In this document: positions 56,018 through 64,000 of the stretch, piece after piece | How positions within the stretch are numbered: position 1 is the stretch's first letter | How the letters are laid out: every line of letters begins with the position of its first letter | Assembly: GCA_040389905.1 (NCBI GenBank) | Contig: JAZJZK010000052.1 | Location: 1-64,000, forward strand | Direction of reading: 5' to 3' | Origin: Gemmatimonadota bacterium | GTDB lineage: Bacteria; Gemmatimonadota; Gemmatimonadetes; Gemmatimonadales; Gemmatimonadaceae | DNA length: 64,000 bases | Translations under genes and position numbers: made by a program | The notes under the pieces: model-generated | The model's database searches: none | Told to the model about the DNA's origin: nothing | Seen by the model: only the letters and a program-made list of their open reading frames with translations

Positions 56018-59000
56018 ATGCGAACACCAATTCATACGGATCAGATGACGGACAGTTCGCTCGAGCTCCATCACTCGGAAACGCTGCTGCGAACGGGCGC
56101 GCTCCAGAGCGCCATCTTCACCAGCGCCAACTTCTCGAGCATCGCGACCGACGCCAAGGGGGTCATTCAAATCTTCAACGTCGGCGCCGAACGGATGCTC
56201 GGATATGCGGCGGCCGATGTGGTCAACAAGATCACCCCTGCGGACATTTCCGATCCGCAGGAAGTCATCGCTCGCGCCAAGGCGCTGAGCCTGGAGCTCG
56301 GAACCCCGATTACGCCGGGATTCGAAGCGTTGGTCTTCAAGGCCTCACGCGGCATCGAGGATATCTATGAGCTGACCTACATCCGGAAGGATCGCAGTCG
56401 CTTTCCCGCGGTTGTCTCGGTGACGGCGCTGCGCGACGCGCACGACACGATCATCGGCTACCTGCTGATCGGCACGGACAATACCGCGCGCAAGGAGGCG
56501 GAAGAGGCGCTGCTCAAGGCCGGTGCGCTTCAGAGCGCGATCTTCAACAGTGCGAACTTCTCGAGCATCGCCACCGATGCGAAGGGCGTCATCCAGATCT
56601 TCAACGTCGGTGCCGAGCGCATGCTCGGCTACACCGCCGCCGAAGTGATGAACAAGATCACGCCGGCCGACATCTCCGATCCGCAGGAAGTGATCGCCCG
56701 CGCTACGGCACTGAGCCTGGAACTCGGCACCCCGATCACGCCGGGGTTTGAAGCGTTGGTCTTCAAGGCGTCACGCGGCATCGAGGATATCTACGAGCTC
56801 ACCTACATCCGCAAGGATGGGAGTCGCTTTCCTGCGGTTGTATCCGTCACGGCGTTGCGTGATGCGGCCGATTCCATCATCGGCTATCTGTTGATCGGAA
56901 CGGACAACACCGCGCGCAAGCAGGCGGAGGAGGCCCTGCTCAAAGCTGGCGCGCTCCAGAGTGCCATCTTCAACAGCGCGAACTTCTCCAGCATCGCTAC
57001 CGACGCCAAAGGCGTCATCCAGATCTTCAACGTCGGCGCCGAGCGCATGCTCGGCTACACCGCCGCTGAGGTCATGAACAAGATCACGCCGGCAGACATC
57101 TCGGATCCGCAGGAAGTGATCGCCCGCGCCACGGCACTGAGCCTGGAGCTTGGCACCCCGATCACGCCCGGTTTCGAAGCGTTGGTCTTCAAGGCGTCGC
57201 GCGGCATCGAGGATATCTACGAACTCACGTACATTCGGAAGGACGGGAGCCGCTTTCCTGCAGTGGTGTCCGTTACCGCGTTGCGCGATGTGACCGATTC
57301 CATCATCGGCTACCTCCTCATCGGCACGGACAACACCGCCCGCAAGCAGGCAGAGGAGGCACTGCGGAAAGCCGGTGCGCTCCAGAGCGCCATCTTCAAC
57401 AGCGCCAACTTCTCCAGCATCGCCACCGACGCCAAGGGCGTCATCCAGATCTTCAACGTTGGCGCCGAACGCATGCTCGGCTATGCCGCGGCCGAGGTGA
57501 TGAACAAGGTCACCCCCGCGGATATCTCCGATCCGCAGGAGTTGATCGCCCGCGCGAACGCGTTGAGCGCGGAAGCCGGGACGCCGATCACACCCGGATT
57601 CGAGGCGCTGGTCTTCAAGGCGTCTCGCGGCATCGAGGACATCTACGAGCTGACCTACGTCCGAAAGGACGGCAGTCGCTTCCCCGCGGTTGTTTCCGTC
57701 ACCGCGCTCCGCGACGAACAGGAAGCGATCATCGGGTATCTACTCATCGGAACGGACAACACGGCGCGCAAACAGGTGGAGGAAGAACGACAGAAGCTCG
57801 ATCAACGCCTGCGCGACCAGCATTTCTATACGCGGTCATTGATCGAATCGAACATCGATGCGCTCATGACGACGGATCCACGCGGCATCATCACCGACGT
57901 CAACAAGCAAACCGAAGCCCTCACAGGATGCACCCGCGACGAACTGATCGGCGCACCCTTCAAGAACTATTTTACCGACGCGGCGCGCGCGGAGGCCGGC
58001 ATCAACCGCGTGCTGAACGAAGGCAAGGTCACCAATCTCGAACTCACCGCGCGTGCGCGTGATGGCACGCTGACCGTCGTCTCGTACAACGCGACCACGT
58101 TCCACGATCGCGACCGGCGGCTTCAGGGCGTGTTCGCGTCCGCACGTGACATGACGGAGCTCAAACGGTTCGAGCAGACGCTTCAGCAGAAGAACGCCGA
58201 GCTCGAAGATGCGAGCCGCATGAAATCCGAGTTCCTCGCGAATATGTCGCACGAGCTCCGAACGCCCCTCAATGCCATCATCGGCTTCTCGGAAGTCCTC
58301 GGCGATGGTCTGATGGGCGAGATGACGGACCAGCAGCGGGGCTTCATCAACGACATCTTTCGGAGCGGAAAGCACCTGCTGTCGCTCATCAACGATATTC
58401 TCGATCTCTCGAAGGTCGAAGCCGGCAAGATGCTGCTCGACCTGGAGGCGGTGCAGCTCTCGTCGCTCTTCACGAACAGCCTGTCGATCGTGCGTGGCAA
58501 GGCCGCGCTGCGACACATCGATCTCGTCATGGAGATGGAGGACGATTTCGGCTCGCTCCACGTGGACGGCCGAAAGCTGAAACAGATCGTCTACAATCTG
58601 CTCTCCAACGCCGTGAAGTTCAGTGCCGACGGCGGAAATATCACGATGCGCGCCGGAGCCGTCGCTCGATCGACGGTCGGGAGACTGTTCGGCCCGTGGA
58701 CGGGACGTACCCTGCCCCTCCCCGCCAACGACTTCGACGAGTTCCTCGAGATCAGTGTGACCGACGGTGGAATCGGAATCCCACCCGAAAGTCTGGATCA
58801 GTTGTTCAAGCCGTTCAGCCAGATCGACAGCGGGCTGGCGCGCAAGTTCGAGGGAACGGGGCTCGGGCTCGCGATGGTGAAGCTGCTCGCCGAACTGCAT
58901 GGCGGGACGGTCGCCGTCGAGAGCGCCGTGAATGAAGGGTCGCGCTTCATCGTATGGCTGCCCCTTCGCCGAGCCGAGCGTGTGCGCGGCGTCGCTCCGC

Positions 59001-59794
59001 CACCACTCGTTACACCCGCGATCGTCAAGGATACCGGGATTCGGACGGCGCTGGTCATCGAAGACGACGACAACTCCGCGGAGCTCATACGAGTACAACT
59101 CGAGGCGGAAGGCTTCCGCGTACTGCACGCGGCGTCTGCCGAGGCGGCGATGCTGCTCGCCACCCAAGAAGCGATTTCGCTGATCACGCTCGACATCATG
59201 CTGCCGAATATGGATGGCTGGGAATTCTTGACCCATATCAAGAAGGTTCCGGCGCTCGCGCACATCCCTGTCGTCATCATTTCCATTGTTGCCGATCGCA
59301 CCAAGGGATTCGCGCTCGGCGCGGCCGCCGTCATGCAGAAGCCGCTGTCGCGCAAGGATCTCACCGGCTCACTCGAGGAACTTGGCATGTTCCCGGTGTC
59401 GAACGGCGAAACACTCAAGGTCCTCGTGGTCGACGACGACGCGCGGACGGTGGAACTGATCGCCGCACACATCGAGGAGATGCAAGGGACCGTGCTTCGC
59501 GCTTTCGGTGGACGTGCGGCAATCGAAATCGCGCGACGCGAGTGCCCGGACTTGATCGTCCTCGACCTCATGATGCCGGAAGTCAATGGCTTCGACGTTG
59601 TCGACGCGCTGCACGGAGATCCGCGAACGGCGGACATTCCCATCGTGGTCGTCACTGGCCATCAAATCAGCGGGCTCGATCGCTCGCGCCTCAACGGCTC
59701 AGTCGCATCGATCGTGGAGAAGGGTCAGTTCGGCCGCGACCGTTTCGCCACAGAAGTTCGACGTGCGACGTCTCGTCGCCGAACGACCAACTGA
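56018..59794 (+). CDS. cytoplasmic hybrid histidine kinase: 5 PAS, HisKA, HATPase, 2 REC (paralog of 50976-53906)
   Basis: Four tandem 142-aa PAS repeats plus a fifth PAS; same kinase and dual-receiver layout; GGAG SD before ATG 56018. Confidence 0.93.
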   Translation: MRTPIHTDQMTDSSLELHHSETLLRTGALQSAIFTSANFSSIATDAKGVIQIFNVGAERMLGYAAADVVNKITPADISDPQEVIARAKALSLELGTPITPGFEALVFKASRGIEDIYELTYIRKDRSRFPAVVSVTALRDAHDTIIGYLLIGTDNTARKEAEEALLKAGALQSAIFNSANFSSIATDAKGVIQIFNVGAERMLGYTAAEVMNKITPADISDPQEVIARATALSLELGTPITPGFEALVFKASRGIEDIYELTYIRKDGSRFPAVVSVTALRDAADSIIGYLLIGTDNTARKQAEEALLKAGALQSAIFNSANFSSIATDAKGVIQIFNVGAERMLGYTAAEVMNKITPADISDPQEVIARATALSLELGTPITPGFEALVFKASRGIEDIYELTYIRKDGSRFPAVVSVTALRDVTDSIIGYLLIGTDNTARKQAEEALRKAGALQSAIFNSANFSSIATDAKGVIQIFNVGAERMLGYAAAEVMNKVTPADISDPQELIARANALSAEAGTPITPGFEALVFKASRGIEDIYELTYVRKDGSRFPAVVSVTALRDEQEAIIGYLLIGTDNTARKQVEEERQKLDQRLRDQHFYTRSLIESNIDALMTTDPRGIITDVNKQTEALTGCTRDELIGAPFKNYFTDAARAEAGINRVLNEGKVTNLELTARARDGTLTVVSYNATTFHDRDRRLQGVFASARDMTELKRFEQTLQQKNAELEDASRMKSEFLANMSHELRTPLNAIIGFSEVLGDGLMGEMTDQQRGFINDIFRSGKHLLSLINDILDLSKVEAGKMLLDLEAVQLSSLFTNSLSIVRGKAALRHIDLVMEMEDDFGSLHVDGRKLKQIVYNLLSNAVKFSADGGNITMRAGAVARSTVGRLFGPWTGRTLPLPANDFDEFLEISVTDGGIGIPPESLDQLFKPFSQIDSGLARKFEGTGLGLAMVKLLAELHGGTVAVESAVNEGSRFIVWLPLRRAERVRGVAPPPLVTPAIVKDTGIRTALVIEDDDNSAELIRVQLEAEGFRVLHAASAEAAMLLATQEAISLITLDIMLPNMDGWEFLTHIKKVPALAHIPVVIISIVADRTKGFALGAAAVMQKPLSRKDLTGSLEELGMFPVSNGETLKVLVVDDDARTVELIAAHIEEMQGTVLRAFGGRAAIEIARRECPDLIVLDLMMPEVNGFDVVDALHGDPRTADIPIVVVTGHQISGLDRSRLNGSVASIVEKGQFGRDRFATEVRRATSRRRTTN
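56096..57799 (+). repeat. four tandem 426-bp coding repeats (PAS modules)
   Basis: Units start at 56096, 56522, 56948 and 57374; two more at 51057 and 51483. Confidence 0.95.
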
Positions 59795-59795
59795 C

Positions 59796-60164
59796 ATGGC
59801 CACCGTGCTCATTGTCGAAGACAACGCCGCGAACATGAAGCTCGCCGTCTTCCTGCTCGAGTCAGCTGGTCATGCCGTCCTCTCCGCCACGAACGCGGAG
59901 GCCGGCCTCGCTCTGGCGCGCACCGAACACCCCGCGCTCATCCTCATGGACATTCAGTTGCCCGGCATGGATGGCATCGAGGCGACGGGAATTCTCAAGC
60001 GCGACGACGAAACGAAAGGCATTCCGGTCATTGCGCTCACCGCGCTCGCCATGAAGGGCGATGAGGAGCGGATTCGTGCCGCGGGTTGCGATGGATACAT
60101 TGCGAAGCCGATCAGCTATCGGGACTTTCTTCAAACGATCGCGGGACAACTCGCGCGGGTGTGA
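59796..60164 (+). CDS. single-domain response regulator (DivK-like)
   Basis: VLIVEDN..N, LILMDIQLPGMDG, IALTALAMKGDEERI..AGCDGYIAKPI. Confidence 0.92.
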   Translation: MATVLIVEDNAANMKLAVFLLESAGHAVLSATNAEAGLALARTEHPALILMDIQLPGMDGIEATGILKRDDETKGIPVIALTALAMKGDEERIRAAGCDGYIAKPISYRDFLQTIAGQLARV

Positions 60165-60171
60165 CGCGGTG

Positions 60172-61950
60172 TCACTCGAATTGTTGGAGTGCCCGGTCGT
60201 ACACACTGAAGACGGCGCCCCTCGTGAGCATACCGGCAAAGCGCTGCACGCCGTCACTGTCCGCATCAACCACCGGTAGTGCGTCTCGTCCAACCGCAGC
60301 CATCGCGGCAAGCGCCTCGTTGAGCGACATCGTCGACTGCAGGGTCGTGACAGTGACCACGACATCCTTCGCGGTCAACTCGCGCCGGCGATCCGACGGT
60401 AACTGCAGGACGTCGTGGAGTTCTTGACTGGAGATGACGCCGAGCAGTGCGCCGGTTTCCTCGAGCACGGGAAGCGTGCTGACGCGCTCGTCGCCCATGA
60501 CGCTCGCGACCGCCGCCACCGGCAGATGCGCAGCAACACGCGGCGCCACGTGATTCACCGCCTCGCGAACATTGAGATGATCCATGATCGCGGCGTCATA
60601 ACCATGCGTCAGGTACTCGCCGCGGCGCGCAAGCCACCCATCGTACAGCCCGTACGTTGAAAAGCGCCGCGCTGTCACGAACGCAACGACGGATACGATC
60701 ATCAGCGGAGCGACATACGACGAGTCATTCGTCAGTTCGAACACCATGAAGATCGCGGTCAGCGGTGCCCGCGTCGCGCCGCTGACCAGCCCAGCCATCC
60801 CGACGAGAGCCCAGCTTGCCGGGTGCACCACATCGCCCGGGACGATGTCGGCCAATAGCGTACCCACGCCACCACCCAGCGACGCGCCGATGAACAGTGC
60901 GGGCGTGAAGACACCTCCGGATCCACCCGCGCTGAGGGAGATGATCGTCGCAAGCATCTTTGCAAATGCCAGCGCGATCAGGACGTACCGCGCGAGTCCA
61001 CCGAACACTTCATCGGGAAGCGCCAGGTGCCCGTTGCCGGCAAGCAGCCCTCCACTTGCGAGTCCGACAACGCCGACGACGGCGCCCCCGACGACGGGTC
61101 GCACCCACTCCGGCCCGGGAATACGCCGAAGAATGCTCGGCGCGATCCCATCGAGTCGCGAGTAAAGTGCGGAGACGAGCCCGCACGCGATCCCAAGAAT
61201 CGGGTAGAGCAGCGCGTTGGCGAGATGGTGGCCGTCCGCGATCGCGGGCATGTGGAACGCGAGGCGGGTACCCAACACCGCTTCGACCGTCAATGCGCCC
61301 ACCACGCTCGCGATGACGACGGGACTGAACGCGCCGACCGAGAAGGACCCGAGGATTTCCTCGAGCGCGAAGAATGCGCCGGCAAATGGCGCGTTGAAGG
61401 CACCGGCGATTCCCGCGGCGGCGCCGCAACCGACCAGAATCTTGAGGTGGCGCGGTTGGAACTTCAATCGGCGACCGAGTTGTGACCCCACCGCTGCGCC
61501 AAGAACGGCAATGGGGCCCTCGCCTCCAACCGATGCGCCACTGCCGAGCGTAATGGCCGAGGCAAACGTCCGGGCGGCAACAGCGCGACTCGAGATGATT
61601 CCACCTCGCTTTGCCACTGCTCGCTGCACGTCCGGCACATTCTGCCCTTCGGCCACGCCCGCGCGGCGCGCGACGTACCACGCGAGCCAGAGACCGAACG
61701 ACGTGAGTCCGACGCCGAATATCGCCGCTGGGATCTCCGATACGTGGCGCTCCGGCCACGCCTTCAGGGCCAGGTGACTGAGGTCGATGAGGCCATAGAA
61801 TCCAATGACGACAACGCCCGAGAGCACGCCGACAACGGCGCCGGCGAGCATGATCGTGCCTCCGCGATCCCAATCGCGGTCATGGAGTTGGTAAAGAAAC
61901 GAATTCCAGTGGTGTCGCACGCACGGGCGCGGGGAGGGAATGCCGCCCAA
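60172..61950 (-). CDS. CLC-family chloride channel/antiporter with CBS pair
   Basis: GGEGP, CGAAAGIAGAFNAP, FALEEI, GSGGVFTP, APLTA..VFELT; C-terminal CBS domains. Start uncertain. Confidence 0.92.
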   Translation of the reverse strand: MGGIPSPRPCVRHHWNSFLYQLHDRDWDRGGTIMLAGAVVGVLSGVVVIGFYGLIDLSHLALKAWPERHVSEIPAAIFGVGLTSFGLWLAWYVARRAGVAEGQNVPDVQRAVAKRGGIISSRAVAARTFASAITLGSGASVGGEGPIAVLGAAVGSQLGRRLKFQPRHLKILVGCGAAAGIAGAFNAPFAGAFFALEEILGSFSVGAFSPVVIASVVGALTVEAVLGTRLAFHMPAIADGHHLANALLYPILGIACGLVSALYSRLDGIAPSILRRIPGPEWVRPVVGGAVVGVVGLASGGLLAGNGHLALPDEVFGGLARYVLIALAFAKMLATIISLSAGGSGGVFTPALFIGASLGGGVGTLLADIVPGDVVHPASWALVGMAGLVSGATRAPLTAIFMVFELTNDSSYVAPLMIVSVVAFVTARRFSTYGLYDGWLARRGEYLTHGYDAAIMDHLNVREAVNHVAPRVAAHLPVAAVASVMGDERVSTLPVLEETGALLGVISSQELHDVLQLPSDRRRELTAKDVVVTVTTLQSTMSLNEALAAMAAVGRDALPVVDADSDGVQRFAGMLTRGAVFSVYDRALQQFE

Positions 61951-62012
61951 TGATAGCGCACACGTCAGTGAAACGCACGCCCCGGTGGGGCGCCACGGTC
62001 ACCGCAGTGCGA

Positions 62013-62588
62013 TCACGACGCGCTTGACGACACGCGGCCGCGCAGTCCGGCGGGCGGCGCATCCACCCAGCGCAGCAAACCACTCTCCACCTGAACGAGT
62101 TGCCCGCAATCGCCCAACGTGGTCCGAACGAGCGCCGCGGCGCGTCCCCATCCATCGCGCAGCGTGGCGGATGTTCCCACGCGCATCGAATCACCGAAGT
62201 GCTTCAGGACGACGAGTAGCAGTGCGCAGACGGCGAGATCATAAGGCTGCCCGCGCGTGTCGCAGCGCCGAACGGTCAGGCGACTTCCGTGTCGCGTCAT
62301 GCGCGAAATCACGCCCTGCCGCGCCTTGCGCTCGAGCGAGAATGCGTCGCCCGCCTGTCCGAGAAATGCATTGCCGTTGAATGAGATGACGTCGGCATCC
62401 AACACAAGCCGGCCGAGGCCCTCGGGACCGCGCAGCACCGCCAACGCCTCATCCGACCGATGACGCTCGAGTTCTGCGCTCGCCATACGGAGCACGAGAA
62501 TCAGGTCGGCATGTAGCGGACGCCAGACGTCCTCCGACAACTCGGCGGGTAGGGTCCAGGCGTGAACGAAACCGGCATCGGTTCGCAT
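62013..62588 (-). CDS. hypothetical protein
   Basis: 191-aa ATG ORF filling the gap between same-strand genes; FNG and CDTRGQPYDLAVCALL motifs. Confidence 0.65.
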   Translation of the reverse strand: MRTDAGFVHAWTLPAELSEDVWRPLHADLILVLRMASAELERHRSDEALAVLRGPEGLGRLVLDADVISFNGNAFLGQAGDAFSLERKARQGVISRMTRHGSRLTVRRCDTRGQPYDLAVCALLLVVLKHFGDSMRVGTSATLRDGWGRAAALVRTTLGDCGQLVQVESGLLRWVDAPPAGLRGRVSSSAS

Positions 62589-62638
62589 GGTTCAACGTGG
62601 CGGCCCGCGCGGGCCGAAGCAGTGACGTACGTCACCGG

Positions 62639-64000
62639 CTACTGTGCGTAACGGAGGACGTCGAACAGGTAGTGCACCCCAAACCCTAGCGTGTCGAGCG
62701 ACAGGCGCTCGTCGTTGCCATGCATGCCCTTCTGCATGTCGGCACTCTCGACCTTGAAGGGATCGAACCCGTACGTGATGATGCCGAGGGAACGATAGTA
62801 CGGCCGATCAGTTGCAGCGGTGAACATTGGCGTGGTCACGAGTGTCTTTGGATCGCGGTCGTGCGTGGCTCGCTCGATGGCGCGGAACAGGTCGGTGTCG
62901 ACCGGATTGTCCATCCGCGCTTTCATCGTGGCTGGCGGGATGAGCTTGATGCCCCTGTCCGCCACGACCTTCGTGAGTTCAGCAAGAAACGCCGCCGGAT
63001 CCTGGTCTGGCAGGAGTCGGATGTCGAGATACGCCGACGCTTCCGGCGGAATGACGTTGTTCTTGTTCGAGCCGGTCAACACCGTCAGCGAAATCGTATT
63101 CCGGAGGATGGCATTCCAGTACACGTCGGCGGTGAGCCATTTCCGCGCAGCCGGATTGCGGACGGCGGCGTCCACGTTCGCCAGCCAGGCGCGCTGTTGG
63201 CCGGTGTAGCCTGACGACAGGGCGGCGAAGTAGCGAGCGACCCCGGGTACCACGTGCAGTGGGGTCTCGTAGCGCGCAACGCGATCGAGTGCCGCGACGA
63301 GGCGAGGAACGGGGTTCTGTTTCGTCGGGCGCGAGCCATGCGAGGGAACGCCAGTCGCGACGAGACGAATGCCGTATGGTCGTTTCTCGTCCACGCCGAC
63401 GCCGTAGTATTTCACGACGCCGTTGACCACCGGGTTGTCTCCGCCTTCAGTGAAGAGAAACTCGACGTCCTTGAGCAAGTCGGCGTGTCTCCGGACGAAG
63501 GTATCGGCGCCTGTTGCGCCGTTTTCCTCGTTGGTATTCGCGATGAACACGATGTCACGCGTCAGTGGCATCCCGCTGCGCTTGATGGCGATCAGCGCCA
63601 TGAGATGCGCGATGCCCTGACCCTTCATGTCGAGCGCACCGCGCCCGTACATGAAGCCATCCCTGATTGCCGCTCCGAAGGGATCGGAGGTCCAGTACGA
63701 TGCCACAGCCGGAACGACATCCATGTGATGCACGAGGGCGATGGCCTTCTTCGTCCCCGATCCGCGCACGCGCGCATACAGATTTGCGCGACCGGTTCCC
63801 AGTTCGGCCGTGTCGAGGATCATCGCCTCGATTCCTTCTTTCTCGAGCACTTGCTTGAGGTAACGCGCCGTCTCGAGCTCGTTCCCCGGAGGATTGGAGG
63901 TGTTGATGCGGATGTACTCACCCAGGCGCTGAACGCTTTCGGTCTGGAGCGCGGTCCAGTCGATCGGCCGCGCGGATTGTGCCGTTAGTGTCAGCGGGAA
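62639..64000 (-). CDS. M20/M25/M40 family metallopeptidase (5' end outside window)
   Basis: Frame is open to the window edge (INTSNPPGNE); HMDVVP, GRGALDMKG, NEE, HGS, NVIP, HGNDER. Confidence 0.92.
   Translation of the reverse strand, partial: FPLTLTAQSARPIDWTALQTESVQRLGEYIRINTSNPPGNELETARYLKQVLEKEGIEAMILDTAELGTGRANLYARVRGSGTKKAIALVHHMDVVPAVASYWTSDPFGAAIRDGFMYGRGALDMKGQGIAHLMALIAIKRSGMPLTRDIVFIANTNEENGATGADTFVRRHADLLKDVEFLFTEGGDNPVVNGVVKYYGVGVDEKRPYGIRLVATGVPSHGSRPTKQNPVPRLVAALDRVARYETPLHVVPGVARYFAALSSGYTGQQRAWLANVDAAVRNPAARKWLTADVYWNAILRNTISLTVLTGSNKNNVIPPEASAYLDIRLLPDQDPAAFLAELTKVVADRGIKLIPPATMKARMDNPVDTDLFRAIERATHDRDPKTLVTTPMFTAATDRPYYRSLGIITYGFDPFKVESADMQKGMHGNDERLSLDTLGFGVHYLFDVLRYAQ

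Noticed and set aside
51057..57799. PAS repeats as a diversity-generating retroelement TR/VR pair
   Set aside because: There is no reverse transcriptase, the differences are mostly synonymous and not adenine-specific, and all copies are in-frame coding.

Overview
GC-rich bacterial chromosomal window. The gene content and style suggest Gemmatimonadota, but that is an inference. Most of it is core housekeeping: the Thr-Tyr-Gly-Thr tRNA cluster, cysS, pspA, sdaAB/sdaAA, uvrA, ccmE/F/H, mtnA, recF-dciA-gyrB, topoisomerase IB, and M16 and M20 peptidases. The main accessory feature is an intact 3,201-bp IS1595-family transporter element (8577-11777) with perfect 23-bp terminal inverted repeats and an 8-bp target duplication (AGCTAGGA). 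It carries a fused CapRel-type toxSAS (candidate anti-phage toxin-antitoxin, with FPNY in place of the YxxY motif) and a divergent uncharacterised gene; the two are joined by an attC-core-like GCCTAAC...GTTAGGC palindrome. Other notable features: three REP-like intergenic repeat families (one strongly strand-biased); recurrent TANNNT-N5/6-ATG starts suggesting leaderless mRNAs; two hybrid kinases built from six near-identical 142-aa PAS modules; a variant Ccm system (CxxxY CcmE plus Tat-signal, Cys-rich CcmH); a TMTC-like glycosyltransferase-TPR-TonB_C fusion; tandem Ig-repeat lipoproteins; and a TPR-transglutaminase-ABC exporter operon. No CRISPR array or rRNA was seen. All family calls are by-eye motif recognition; no database searches were run.
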